Assembly: GCF_001194135.2 (NCBI RefSeq)
Contig: NC_068983.1
Location: 108,943,053-109,007,052, forward strand
Reading direction: 5' to 3'
Length of the DNA stretch: 64,000 bases
Source of the DNA: Octopus bimaculoides
Taxonomy: Eukaryota
Shown here in pieces: positions 38,331-51,190 of the stretch. A program made the translations under genes and the position numbers. Numbering within the stretch: position 1 is the first letter of the stretch; every line of letters begins with the position of its first letter. Under the pieces are notes generated by a model. The model did not search any database, had not been told where the DNA came from, and saw only the letters and a list, made by a program, of their open reading frames with translations.

Positions 38331-38644
38331 CTCACCCACATCCTTGCCAAAAACTATACATATATGTACATATACATATATATACCCGCATACATGAGTA
38401 TACCCGCATACACACCCACACACACACGCACTCAACAACCTCGCACACATACACAAGCAAGCAAAAAAAAATTGATAGGGCTAAAAGCAAAATACAGAAG
38501 AAAGTGTGGGAAAGCTATAGGATTAAAACGTGTCTAATATGCGCATACCTTCGCATGCACGCACATACATCTATATACGCATGTACCTGCACACATTCAC
38601 AAGCGCGCACATAATATCTTTCTTTCTTTTGTTGCCCTTTCTAT

Positions 38645-38694
<50 letters not shown>

Positions 38695-38697
38695 GTG

Positions 38698-39095
38698 TAG
38701 GTGCAGGAGTGGGTGTGTGGTAAGTTGCTTGCTTCCCAACCACATGGTTCCGGGTTCAGACCCACTGCGTGGCACCTTGGGCAACTGTCTTCTACTATAG
38801 CCTCGGGCCGACCAAAGCCTTGTGAGTGGATTTGGTAGATGGAAACTGAAAGAAACCCGTTGTATATATATATATATCTATATATATATTTGTATGTATG
38901 TGTGTGTATATGTTTGTGTGTCTGTGTGTGTCCCCCCAACATCACTTGACAACCGATGCTGGTGTGTTTAAGTTTAGCAGTTCAGCAAAAGAGACCGATA
39001 GAATAAGTACTGGGGTCGATTTGCTTGACTAAAGGCAGTGCTCCAGTATGGCCACAGTCAAATGACTGAAACAAGTAAAAGAGTAAAAGAGAGAG
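38698..39095 (+). mobile_element. tRNA-derived SINE family A, full length, least decayed copy (CpGs retained)
   Basis: GTGTGGTAAG...CATGGTTCCGGGTTCAGACCCACTGCGTGGCACC...CTCGGGCCGACCAAAGCC...GACTGAAACAAGTAAAAGAG. Confidence 0.93.
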
Positions 39096-39099
39096 TATA

Positions 39100-39420
39100 T
39101 ATATAAAACAAATAATAAATGAGTATATGCACATGTACGTACAGGTATGGGCATACCTACGTCTATCTGTATATATAGGTGCATATCTGGGTACAGGACA
39201 TTGCAAACAAAACGTAGACAAAAAAATAATAATAACTAGAGTACAGAAAACACACAGGCCACATAGAGAACATTTTCCTTCATCAGCTATATATATGACA
39301 GATAGATTTATATAGATTATCTAATATCTGTTTTTATGTTAAGTTACAATAAAAACAATTTTACATTAAACTGAAGGATGATTTAATATTATATGTGGAA
39401 CACATATATTTTTACAAGAA
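39100..39420. mobile_element. Penelope-like repeat modules homologous to 21500-21930
   Basis: 39120-39290 is the reverse complement of 21790-21930; 39325-39380 is similar to 21510-21560 on the same strand. Confidence 0.55.
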
Positions 39421-40066
39421 GCATGACCTGCTATCCAATGTGTGTGTGTGTGTGTGTGCGAGCAGATAGACACACAGAAAGGTATGCATACACATGTAAA
39501 TCATATAGTTTGATAGGATCCAATGAGTCAAAGGACTTCTTTATCTAGTGCCTCAGTTTTAGTATGATTTTGCAATGGGATGCTCTTCCTAGCACCAACC
39601 ACTTTACAGAGTGTAGTTGTTCCAGTTTTTCATGAGACCCAGGACTATAAACATGTTACTCTTCGCAAGAGGGTTATACAATGCCTGTAGTCCTGGCATG
39701 ATGATTTGATGGCAAATAGAGTATTGGCTGTATGTGCAGACAACTTCAACAGTGTACTAGGTGCATTTTACATGACATAAGTACTGGTGAGTTTGCTAGT
39801 AACTTGCAAAGTTAAATAACCTGTACAACTGAGAAAAAGAGTAAGAGAGAGAGAGAGTAATTGAGATGGTGCCGTGAGAGTAGTGTGATACCAATTAAGG
39901 TGAGTGGAATAGATTTTTTTTTTGTGTATATTTATACATTTACAAAAAAAAGATAATATATATATGTATATATACGTGTGTGTGTGTGTGTGTGTGTGCA
40001 TATATGTATATATGTGCATTTATGTATTTGTGTGTATATATAAATATGCATGTATATATATATATA

Positions 40067-40137
40067 TTCTTTTATTCTTTTATATGTTTCAGTCCAATGA
40101 CTGTGGCCATGCTGGAGCACCACAAACATTTATATAT

Positions 40138-40182
<45 letters not shown>

Positions 40183-40325
40183 CACACACGCACAACAGGT
40201 TTCATTCAATTTCTGTCTATCAAATCCACTCACAAGGCTTTGGTTGGCCTGAGGTTATGGTAGAAGACAGTGAGACAGAAGCCAGAACCATGTGGTTGAG
40301 AAGCAAACTTCCCACCATACAGCCA
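40067..40325 (-). mobile_element. SINE family A, internally deleted
   Basis: TGTTTCAGTC...GGCCATGCTGGAGCACC and AAATCCACTCACAAGGCTTTGGT...GAACCATGTGGTTG. Confidence 0.85.
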
Positions 40326-40448
40326 AAACACCACATTTAGACAGAGAGATAAATATACATGTACATGAATATATGTATATATTTATCAACACACACACAG
40401 AGGCAGAGAGATAAATATATATGTACATGAATACATACATACACACAC

Positions 40449-40491
<43 letters not shown>

Positions 40492-41196
40492 CATATAAAC
40501 GCACACACAGACACACATACATATGTATACATATTTTCATAAAACTACCTCTGTATGCATTAGATTTCTGAAAATTCTTTCCTTGAGTGATAGTAGAGAA
40601 AATGAAATGTGAAGAAACTACTACAGTGCAATATTCAAGCAAAGGGAAGTAACAGTATGAAATTGTTCACTAAAAGCAAGGAAATTATGTAAGCTTACAA
40701 ATATTTACTATTCAATGTAACATTCAGTAACAGGTTCATTTGTGGAAACTGCAGTTTTTAATATTTCCTTCAGAAAGTGAATTTCTTGTCATTGAACATT
40801 AACATTTATACAAAATTGAATTCTAAATTGACCTTCATAATATAAGATACTATTTTACCAACTCAAAATATTTTAAATATCCATATATCATTTTCAATCT
40901 GCTTTATTCTGTTCATAAGAGTAGCTCTAATTAATTATTTCTTCTTATTATTTCAATTAGTAAATTTTATAACAATTTTATTTACTTTACAAATTACAAT
41001 GTGATAATATCAATTTTACTTTGATATGTAAAAACAAGTTTCTCTTTTCTAATAAGAATGAATATTATATTTCCAAACTTCATTTATTTTACTCTCTAAA
41101 GTAGCAAACCAGTACCATAGGGCCTGTTTTTAAGTGAATAATACTGAAGTTACTAAGTATTGTAAATATTTCATCATCATCAAAATGGAATATATG

Positions 41197-41448
41197 ATTC
41201 ACAAAAATATATTTCTTCTTAAAATATAAAATAAAATGAGCATTAAAATAACGATTTACAAATTTTAAAGTAGACTGTTGTGGTTGTGTCCTGTATTTTA
41301 TTATGTAAAATGCAAAAATATCATTCACAGAAATATGTTTGTTCTTAAGATATAAAATAAAATGAGCATTAAAATAATGATTTTAAAATTTTAAAGTAGA
41401 CTGCTGTGGATGTGCACTGTATTTTATCATGTAAGATATGAAACTATC
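41197..41448. repeat. Two-copy 126-bp tandem duplication
   Basis: ATTCAC...ATATAAAATAAAATGAGCATTAAAATAA...TTTTAAAGTAGACTG repeats at 41197 and 41323. Confidence 0.9.
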
Positions 41449-41599
41449 CATGCCAACAGTAGAAAACAGGTATTAAAATAACTGGTGGTGAGTCTGAGTG
41501 TGTGTGATCATCATACTACATCAGTTCTTCATTATTTAGGAATTTTTTTAAATACTGGCATGGATTAAATTGTTTTTAATCATTTTGTCCTTATTTTCA

Positions 41600-41850
41600 A
41601 GGCTCGAAGTACTGAGATCTAACCCCATATATCTCCATGCTCTGTTCAAACTTCCTCTGCCATGAGTAACCTCCCCTGTCAGTATACAACACTATTCTCC
41701 TTCAACATTCATCTATTTACATTACATGCCCATACTAGCAGTTCTCTTCTGCATATATTGGCCAAATGTTCTACTTACACTCTCAGCTCACGTGCTCTAC
41801 CTAAGATGGAAGGTGTCAGATGTGACTGTGATACAACCTTGAATCTCTTT
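41600..41850 (-). mobile_element. Decayed RTE LINE 3' fragment
   Basis: Minus strand reads YGHVM*IDE, matching RTE WYGHVMRMDE. Confidence 0.6.
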
Positions 41851-43208
41851 CCTGTCTAAGTGACTGCTTATATGTGTTCCGTAAAACTTTAAAATGCTTC
41901 AGGGATTATAATAAATTTCAACAAAAAAGGAACTGTTTTTCAAAAATATATTATAATGAGCTGCATTTACACTGAAAGCTTAAGAGTGAAAGAAAATAGT
42001 AATGAAATATAATTATGATGATATTTTAAAATTAATTTTTATGATCTGTTTTTAAAAGATTGTTTTTATATACAAAAATATATTCTTTTTGTGTTTCATG
42101 TAGATTAAAAGTGATTTATTCTGAGATCCTGTGGGAAACTGAAGGAAATGCATCATGATAAAATCATATCAAGCTTTCTTCTTTTGTTTACTACTATTTG
42201 TAGTAACACATCGATAACTTGGTAGTTGATTTGCTATTTGATTGTATCTGGTAAAGGTCTGTTGTTTGTTGTCAGTTCATACAAGCAAATGAATATTTGA
42301 GTGGATATTTTCAAGTGTCTGCTTTCTTCTCTTATTCTTGTTGCTTCATGTCTGTTCATTCTTTCTTCTTCTTCCGAACCCTGACAATCATGTCTTTTCT
42401 CATCCCCAAACCCTGACAATATTTTTCTTTCCCTTTGTTGATGTTAAATCTCATTAGACAATGAAAATATGGTTGTTTGGACAACAGAAGAACTAACATA
42501 GAAATAATTGAGCATTCCACTGACACATGTGCCCTTCATATAATATTCATGAAGAGTCAGCATGACACAGTGTGAGACAAGGTAGTGGATTTTGATACAG
42601 TTTACACCCAATTCCACTCTGCCATTTGTGTAAGAGACTATACAGTGCAATTGAGCCCTTAATAAGTGATTACAAATGAACTTCTTAAACATTTGACCAT
42701 ACTGTACCTTCAATTATATATATATATATATATATNNNNNNNNNNNNNNNNNNNNNNNNNNNNNNNNNNNNNNNNNNNNNNNNNNNNNNNNNNNNNNNNN
42801 NNNNNNNNNNNNNNNNNNNNNNNNNNNNNNNNNNNNNNNNNNNNNNNNNNNNNNNNNNNNNNNNNNNNNNNNNNNNNNNNNNNNNNNNNNNNNNNNNNNN
42901 NNNNNNNNNNNNNNNNNNNNNNNNNNNNNNNNNNNNNNNNNNNNNNNNNNNNNNNNNNNNNNNNNNNNNNNNNNNNNNNNNNNNNNNNNNNNNNNNNNNN
43001 NNNNNNNNNNNNNNNNNNNNNNNNNNNNNNNNNNNNNNNNNNNNNNNNNNNNNNNNNNNNNNNNNNNNNNNNNNNNNNNNNNNNNNNNNNNNNNNNNNNN
43101 NNNNNNNNNNNNNNNNNNNNNNNNNNNNNNNNNNNNNNNNNNNNNNNNNNNNNNNNNNNNNNNNNNNNNNNNNNNNNNNNNNNNNNNNNNNNNNNNNNNN
43201 NNNNNNNT

Positions 43209-43524
43209 CAAAATGGTGCATCTCATGTGCCACCCGCACAAGAACCAGTCCAGGGGCACTGGCAACGATCTTACTTGGCTTGCCGGGTCTTCTCACGCAC
43301 AGCCCATTTCCAAAGGTCTCGGTCCGTAGTCATCGCCTCGGTGAGGCCCAATGTACGAAGGTCTTGCCTCACCACCTCAGCCCAGGTCTTCCTGGGCCTA
43401 CCTCTTCCACGGGTTCCCTCAACTGTTAGGGTGTGGCACTTTTTCACGCAGCTATCCTCCTCCATTCTCACCACATGTCCATAGAATGGAGGAGGATAGC
43501 TGCGTGAAAAAGTGCCACACCCTA
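43209..43524 (-). mobile_element. Young 5'-truncated RTE LINE with a 42-bp fold-back at its 5' end
   Basis: Intact frame YGHVVRMEEDSCVKKCHTLTVEGTRGRGRPRKTWAEVVRQDLRTLGLTEAMTTDRDLWKWAVREKTRQAK* then 3' UTR into a gap; 43427-43468 is the exact revcomp of 43483-43524. Confidence 0.92.
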
Positions 43525-43789
43525 TATTTATGCACATACATATGTGTTTGGGGTGGGGTGTAAATATATGTATATGCATATATATATATATATATGAGTG
43601 GACAAACAAAAGAAAGAGGCACTGAACACATTTAGAAAGATTTACATGTATATTATTATTATTATTCAAAACAGTTTGATTCAGACCAAGGCAACTTAAG
43701 GTTCCTGTAACCAGCCTGCAAAACTTTAAGTTGTTTGGAGCTGAACTAAACTGTTTTCAATAATAATGTGTGTGTGTGTGTACGTATGC

Positions 43790-44020
43790 TAGTGTCTTCT
43801 TGTATTGACATCATATGGTAGTTGTAAATGAGTATCAGTGTCATCTAATTTTCCACATTCTGTGGAAACATGTCTGGAAATGTGGGGAAATATTACGTTG
43901 CTTGGATACAGGTGAAGGTTGGCAACAGAAAGGGCATCTAGCTGTAGAAAATCTACCTCAAAATATTTTGTCTGACCCATGGAAGCATGGAGACATAGAC
44001 ATGATGATAATGATGATATG
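43790..44020 (+). mobile_element. Family B tail element
   Basis: GGCAACAGAAAGGGCATCTAGCTGTAGAAAATCTACCTCA...GACCCATGGAAGCATGGA...ATGATGATAATG. Confidence 0.8.
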
Positions 44021-46093
44021 TACCTATGTTATAGTTTTCCATGAACGTCAGTATTACATCTGTTTGCTTGTAGTTGATGCTGTTGATGTTATGGTGGCGT
44101 TATTATTGGTGGTGCTTAAAGTTTAAGATATATTTTACTTTATTCATATATCCCACTACAATTTTTTCAGCCTGTCTCTATTGCTCTCGTGCGCTTTTAC
44201 ATAATCTTTTTACATTAGTGTTCACTATTGTCAGATTGCCCTTATACTGTTTAAAAATCTTTAAAAACAGGCTGATCTGACTTATTTTCAAAATAACATC
44301 CCAAGATATTAAGGCTAGTAACTTATAATAATAGGAATTAATTACTTTAATCAGAGAAACTGAGAAAGGAAAACAAATAAACAAGTAAGAAATGATTATA
44401 ATGGAAAATAGTTCATTTCAATGACTAATAACAAATTATTAGATTTTAAAGAGAAAGCAGCAGCTATTAGAAAACCTCCAAGTAGACACTGAGATTAGTT
44501 TTTGAAATATTTAAATTAAGAAATAATTCTTCTCTTAGGATGATACATTCCTAGAGAAAGAATTAATAGGTATTTTAGGCACAGATAGATATAGACAGTA
44601 CTTACAACTAGAGTAATCAATATTGTGATGTAATATTTAACTCAGAGATGCCATATACATGAAAAACAATAGTTATGACAGTCTAAGTATAAGTAATACA
44701 GAGAACAATTAGAAATGCTAATTAGAAATATCAAGCAGCAAGGTAAAAAGTCAATGTTCAATATTATTTTAATTATTTTTACAAGTAGAGGGACATGTCT
44801 GGGTGTGTTTTGAGTGTTATCATGCCTTCTTCAATGAAGTATGGTATAAACTTAATTATTGATTTTTATGAAGGTAGCATCAATAAGGGATTTATTTTAT
44901 AAAAAACGTTATTTTCTTATCCCAGCAATTATACATGATGATCCTACCATACCAGCTTTGATAAGTATGATGAAATCTAGTTAGTTATTTAATGTGCCCT
45001 GCATTAAATATATTAAAATTTGCTTAGCTGGTGACATAATAAGGTTAGAGAATAAGAAACTCAAGATTTAGAAATATGTAAGATCAAGGAATTATATTTT
45101 AAGGACTATCTTTAGGTAGTTAAGTTGAGTAGCTATAGTGCTGTTGTCCACCAAAATGTAGAAAACTTACTAAGTATGGCAGAGAAACTAGCAGACAGCA
45201 AAAAAGAAGAAAGAAAAAAACTGAAGTAATGCATCAATGAACAATCAATAAAAAAAAATGTTAAAATTGAAATACTTTTCTATGATGATGGAGATAATGG
45301 TCAAAAACCAATACAATTTATTATAAAACAAAAAATAAAAAAATTAAGACAAAAACAGAAATGCGACATAATTATGTAGTGAAAAAGAAAATCACCAAAA
45401 AACAATTGAAAACGATTTCCTGACAATAGCGAATATGACATAAAATATTGCAGCATTAAAATTTATAAGCAGGAACAACTCAACAATAAAAAATATCTGA
45501 GATAACAGTAGATTTGAAGGGTTTTTTTTAAAGAAGCTAACAAGCTATTTATTCTATGATTCAAAACGTATGGTTAAATGGATCAGAAATTATTCAAGAT
45601 TAAACAACTCTCATCATTACAGAATTTTTTATTGAAAGAATAAAACAATTCTACAGATTTTATCATTTTCACTGACACATAACAACTGGCAGGAAGATTA
45701 CAACCAAAAATGTAAAATTAGCATTACATCTCTTCTTTTGTATGTTCAGAGAAATTTAACGGCTGTTATGGAGTAATATAATCTTTATGATTCAATGATG
45801 ACCAAATATGAATTATTTGCAAGTAAAGAAAAGGGTTTGATTAAATCAATTATTCTATTATGTTTTTGGATAAATATTACTGTAGTTTAGCAGTCATACG
45901 TTAATATGTTCCATTTTGCAACACTAATGATTTTTGCTGTACATTTAGGACTGGATTAATTTTTTTAAAGGAATCAAATATTTAAATTGAAAAACCAAAC
46001 TCATGTGAATTATAAACACCAAAGGGATATATACACATATATAAATATATACGTATACATATATACTTATATATATAAACATATATGCATATA

Positions 46094-47125
46094 CAGGGTG
46101 CGTAAGGTTTTTGGAGACATACCTTTTTGGGGGTCATTGCTGCATTTTTCACTAACTCTGCGTAATCTTTGCTTCAGAAAATAATAATGGCAGACCCTCA
46201 GCTTACTCAAGAAATGAAGAGGTATGCTGTTATTGTGGTTATAAAGGCTAAGCATAGTGATTTAGAAATATCTCGATTTTTTAAATTTGCCAGATCTTTT
46301 GTCTACAAAATGTGTAAGGCACTAGAGACTAACGATGATCATATAACCAGTATCAAAGCATAAAAATCATTCTAAACACTCTGAAATCATCAGAATACAT
46401 GAATTTATCCAGTAAGTTCAATAGACCATTGATTACAATCCCATAAAGTTCATGAGATCAGTTGCATATGATCTCCATGTGTCAGAATGAACAGTCAGAA
46501 ATGTTATCCATGAAGACATCAGACATGTCTGATATAATGAGGAAAGGTGAATTTGTCTGAAAAAGCAAAAGAAAATCACTACATCAGATCTAAAAGGCTC
46601 TTAAGCAAACTGAAAAATCCAGCGGAAGATTTGATTTGGTTTTTCTCAAACAAGAAAAACTTCGACCAAGATCAAAAAGTTAATAGAAGAAATCACAAAT
46701 GGTTATGTGCAGACCCTTCTCAAGTTCCAAGTGTTATGCATACAAAATTTCCTGCAACTGTCATGGTTTTAGGGTCTGATGTCTCCTTACTTTTATCCAC
46801 AAGGTCTACATTGAGATCCTGGAAATAATTGCTAAGCCCTGGATAGACAGTGTATGCAATGGAAGGCATACACTGTGTTTCAGTAAGACTCTGCACTATC
46901 ACACATGGCTCTAGTAACATAGGAATGGATGGTTGAAAATGTTCATGATCACATAACCCCTAACATTTGGCCTCCTAATTCCCCATATCTCAATCCACTG
47001 GACTATTACATGCGGAGAATTGTTGAGAGATAGGTCAACGATTCTTTGAAAACTGTCATAGTCAGTGTAATGTCCAAACCAGGACCACTTGATTCGAGCA
47101 TATAGAAGATTTAGATCTCATATAG
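46094..47125 (+). mobile_element. Decayed Tc1/mariner element, maT (DD37D)-like, right end not visible
   Basis: TA|CAGGGTG left end; FFSNKKNFDQDQKVNRRN..WL..DP..VP.VMHTKFPATVMVLG and WPPNSPYLNPLDYY (46968); stops and frameshifts; followed directly by a SINE. Confidence 0.85.
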
Positions 47126-47262
47126 AAGCAAGTCAGCTGAGTGGATTGGGGCAACATGAAATAATGTGTCTTGCTCAAGGACACAACATGTTACTGGGAA
47201 TTGAACTCACAACCTTACATTCATGAGCTAAATGCCCTAACCACTAAGCCATGTGCCTTCAC
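47125..47262 (-). mobile_element. SINE family C 5' part
   Basis: Revcomp GGCACATGGCTTAGTGGTTAGGG...GTGAGTTCAATTCCC...TGTGTCCTTGAGCAAGACAC. Confidence 0.85.
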
Positions 47263-47597
47263 ACACACACACACATATATATATATGTATATAGTTTTTT
47301 AAAAAGAGCTAGTCATAGTTTCAGACTATAGAGATAAAATATTTTGATTTTTGACAGATCTTTATAACATGCCATGTATCTCCAAGAATTTTTTCAGGCT
47401 CAGTGCATACCATTAGACTTATCTGAAAACCAGAATGCTGGTCTATGAGGATATATGAGAAAGGAAAAAAAAAAACAGGAAGAAAAGCATGAAGAAGGGT
47501 AATGCAAAAAGTGAAACGAGAAGAGATAAAGAAAGAAAAGTAAGTCAAAAGCTTCATCCATTTTTTTAGTAGAAATCAATTAATCTAGCTGGTGTAG

Positions 47598-47650
47598 AAT
47601 AATATGGAGGTCAATATCTATGAAATAATATGGAGGTCAATATCTATGAA
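47598..47650. repeat. Two-copy exact tandem duplication of about 26 bp
   Basis: AATAATATGGAGGTCAATATCTATGA twice. Confidence 0.9.
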
Positions 47651-47689
47651 ATAGTTACTCAATTCAAAGAAGGTGGTGTCCTCCAACTC

Positions 47690-47912
47690 AGCAAAAGTAA
47701 CTTGTCCATGTGCTTGCATTTGCAAAATGTTTCATATCTGACATTAAGTAGTATGGTGGAGTTTTGGGATCCAAAAGAATGTGTGATTTTTCAGCTACAC
47801 TCAACCTGCAATTCTTTGATTCATTTATGTATGGTGCAGATTTCTCCATGAGTTTTTGCTTGGTTGCTTGTAGTGTGCAATTGGTAATTAAATCGCATAC
47901 GTGGCTAGCCAA
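47690..47912 (-). mobile_element. Penelope-like endonuclease C-terminal remnant
   Basis: APYINESKNCRLSVAEKSHIL resembles the PY....C.LC..EK..IL motif after GIY-YIG in PLEs. Confidence 0.5.
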
Positions 47913-48089
47913 CTTAATTTTTTTTATCTATTAGTTTGCATAATGGCTTTTAAAATTGCCTTCATATAAAACAACATAATTTATCCTCTTAGTTATCTTG
48001 TCTTGGAGCACTGCTGTAACTTCAGCTTCATAAATAACTGAGTTTATGAAGCATGCTTGATCAAGGTGGTAAGCTTCAGAGTCCCACAC

Positions 48090-48990
48090 TTACAACTAGA
48101 AGTGGAAATTACTGGAATAGAAGCTAACCGAAGCATTGGGAAGTCTTAAGGTGAATTTAACATAGATTAAGGTTTTTCATAAGTAGGAAAGAAGATAGGA
48201 GCTTGGTATCTTCTAGAAATTATTGGCCTTGCTCTTTATACAGAAAAGGAGTAGATTTAAATTCCATACACTCTACCCAATGAAACTATGAACATGAAGA
48301 GGTGTAGTGAAATCACAGGCAAACTCACAGAGTAAGTAAGCTTCATATATATCAGGTACATTGGGTAAGTATATACTATGCACACATTAGAAATAGATTT
48401 CCTTAAAAGCTGAAATGGCTAACTAGTAGTAGTTGATAGCTTTTGTTATCTTGGAAACATTATTAGCAGGAGAGATGGTTGCTCTGTAATTATAGTAGTT
48501 AGGTTAAAAACAGACTGGAAAAAGTTCAAGGAGCTTCTACTACTGCAGACAACAGAGGTGTTTTCCCTCAGAGTGAAGCATAGATTGTATGACACCTGTG
48601 TCAAAACTGAGATGCTACTTAACAGTGAGACATGGGCCTTGAGAAGACTGGAAGAAAATGAAGCAAGGATGCTCCATTTGATGCGCAATGTAAGTGTGCA
48701 TGAATGACATAGCACAAACATGCTGTGAGAAAGCTTAGGTTTAAGAGCAATCAGATTTAGTGTAAAAGAAAGAAGACTGCACTGGTATAGATATATGATG
48801 TATATGATTAGCTCAGATGGATAAAGAAGAATTGATCACTTAATATTGATGGAGATGGCAGAAAAGAGAGACCTATGAAGATATGGCATGAACTCGTGAA
48901 AGTAGATCTTAGGATTTTGATCCTCTCAGAAGAGATAACAAGGGACCAGAATGGTTGGTAACATGCAGACCTGGAAAATACTTGCTCAAG
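48090..48990 (+). mobile_element. Decayed RTE-clade LINE 3' portion
   Basis: LKVNL, WPCSLYRKGVDLNSI, WKKFKELL, FSLRVKHRLYDTCV, LNSETWAL, LEENEARML motifs with stops. Confidence 0.85.
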
Positions 48991-49039
48991 GCAATGAAAG
49001 TGAGTCATGGAAGCACTGTATGTTTGCATATATATGTGC

Positions 49040-49800
49040 ACAACTTAGTCCTTTGCTGTATTTGATCCATCAACATCTCATCTACTTAATTGCAGCTTTT
49101 CTTTAGTACCACTAATCTTCCTCATGACCAGAAACTATTTTATTTGCTATCCATCTTTCATCTTTAATATTATCCTCCACCCACACTCTCACCACCACAC
49201 TCTCAAAACCTACTCAACCACTCATCACTGCTCTGTATCTCATTCTTTCAATGTCTAGTGTATTATCATTACTATTCTGCTACTCATCACTACCCTGCAT
49301 CATTGGTCACTCCAACTCCTTATTTACTATTCATAACATTCACCTTTCAACTCTGTCCAATCTCTACAGTTCCCACCTACTCTTCCCTATTTCTCCTATT
49401 CATCATCCACTCAACATTTGTTCTTCCTTCATTATATCCACACTCTCACTCAGTTTGCATCTCTCACTCCTTCATACACTCTTGCAACCTTTATTGATCT
49501 ATATTCCCAGTCCTTTTTTCCCCTTTCACTTACACTTGCCTTTCACTTACCTTGGGGTCCACACAGACACTTTGTCACCACTATTTGGGGTTCATAATCT
49601 TGCAAGCTGTGTGGTGACCCCATTAAAGATGATATCATGAAAAAAGCACCAAGTACATTCTGTAAAGTGGTTGGCATTAGGAAGAGCATCCATGCCAAAG
49701 TAGATAGCAGAGCATGATGCAGTTCTTGAACTTGTTGGTTCTCATCAAACCATCCAACCTAAGCTTGTATGGAACATGGACATTAAATGATGATAATGTC
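49040..49800 (+). mobile_element. C/T-rich-bodied retroelement ending in the family B tail
   Basis: Pyrimidine-rich body then CTTGCAAG...AAAGCACCAAGTACATTCTGTAAAGTGGTTGGCATTAGGAAG...GGACATTAAATGATGAT. Confidence 0.65.
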
Positions 49801-50443
49801 AGTGTATATATAAATATATATATATATATATGTATNNNNNNNNNNNNNNNNNNNNNNNNNNNNNNNNNNNNNNNNNNNNNNNNNNNNNNNNNNNNNNNNN
49901 NNNNNNNNNNNNNNNNNNNNNNNNNNNNNNNNNNNNNNNNNNNNNNNNNNNNNNNNNNNNNNNNNNNNNNNNNNNNNNNNNNNNNNNNNNNNNNNNNNNN
50001 NNNNNNNNNNNNNNNNNNNNNNNNNNNNNNNNNNNNNNNNNNNNNNNNNNNNNNNNNNNNNNNNNNNNNNNNNNNNNNNNNNNNNNNNNNNNNNNNNNNN
50101 NNNNNNNNNNNNNNNNNNNNNNNNNNNNNNNNNNNNNNNNNNNNNNNNNNNNNNNNNNNNNNNNNNNNNNNNNNNNNNNNNNNNNNNNNNNNNNNNNNNN
50201 NNNNNNNNNNNNNNNNNNNNNNNNNNNNNNNNNNNNNNNNNNNNNNNNNNNNNNNNNNNNNNNNNNNNNNNNNNNNNNNNNNNNNNNNNNNNNNNNNNNN
50301 NNNNNNNNNNNNNNNNNNNNNNNNNNNNNNNNNNNNNNNNNNNGTGATCAAAAGATCAGCATACTATCAGTAATTCCACTCTTCGGAGATGAATTAAGAA
50401 CCAATGGTATATATATAATATTAATTAAAACATTAGAAATATT

Positions 50444-50489
<46 letters not shown>

Positions 50490-50493
<4 letters not shown>

Positions 50494-50860
50494 GGTAGAG
50501 TCCTCAGGCACCTCCTCCATAATGTCTTATCAGAAGCAACAATTATTACACTTTCCAGGTGGCTTCCCAAGTGTAACCAATGGAAACTATGGATATTATT
50601 TAACCATCTTATTCTTGGTATATTGCTAAGTTTTCTACCTGTTAACTTTGTTTGAAGCATCTGCCATGCAATTCTTTCTTGCAACATTCTATTTACCTGT
50701 TCATAATACTGGAGCTGTGACCTCTCAATGCAGAAAAGTAGCAGCTCAACTTGAAGAAACTCCCTGATCTCAGAGCTATGCATCCTGTTGAGTAACAATA
50801 CTCTAGAAATCCTTTGAAAGTGCACCATTTCAGCTGCTTGGATTTGCAATAGTACCCTTT
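50490..50860 (-). mobile_element. RTE-clade LINE 3' remnant (a different subfamily)
   Basis: IQAAEMVHFQRI...SSEIREFLQVELLLFCIERSQL...PRIRWL...VASDKTLWR, typical RTE C-terminal region. Confidence 0.85.
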
Positions 50861-50894
50861 TATATTAACCTATGTGGAAGAGGAAGAACAAATA

Positions 50895-51190
50895 AGCCAA
50901 GACAGTTATTGTAGAACTATTTGATTTGACCACTGTATGTGCTAGCACTCCATCAGTTATGACAATTAGAGTTCCAGTCGAGGGTTCCAATCAACAGAAT
51001 AGCTGGCTAGTGGAGTTCTCAGAAATGTTCAGCTTGACACAGAGTATGACAAGGCTGGCCCTTTGAAATATAGGCACTGCTCATTTTTGCCAACTGAGTG
51101 AACTGAAGCAATTTAAAATAAAGTGTCTTCTTCAAGGTGACATTGTGCCATCAGGTATTGAAATCACAACCTTACAATCGTGAGCTGAAA
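50895..51190 (-). mobile_element. SINE family C
   Basis: Revcomp contains CCTTGAAGAAGACACTTTATTT, CACTCAGTTGGCAAAAATGAG, TTCAAAGGGCCAGCCTTGTCA. Confidence 0.8.

Noticed and set aside
42234-42419. E/R-rich 61-aa minus ORF
   Set aside because: Explained by purine-rich low complexity; no donor and no homology
44330-45900. A-rich stretch with faint LINE endonuclease/RT-like fragments (ICLAGD)
   Set aside because: Too decayed to assign without an HMM search
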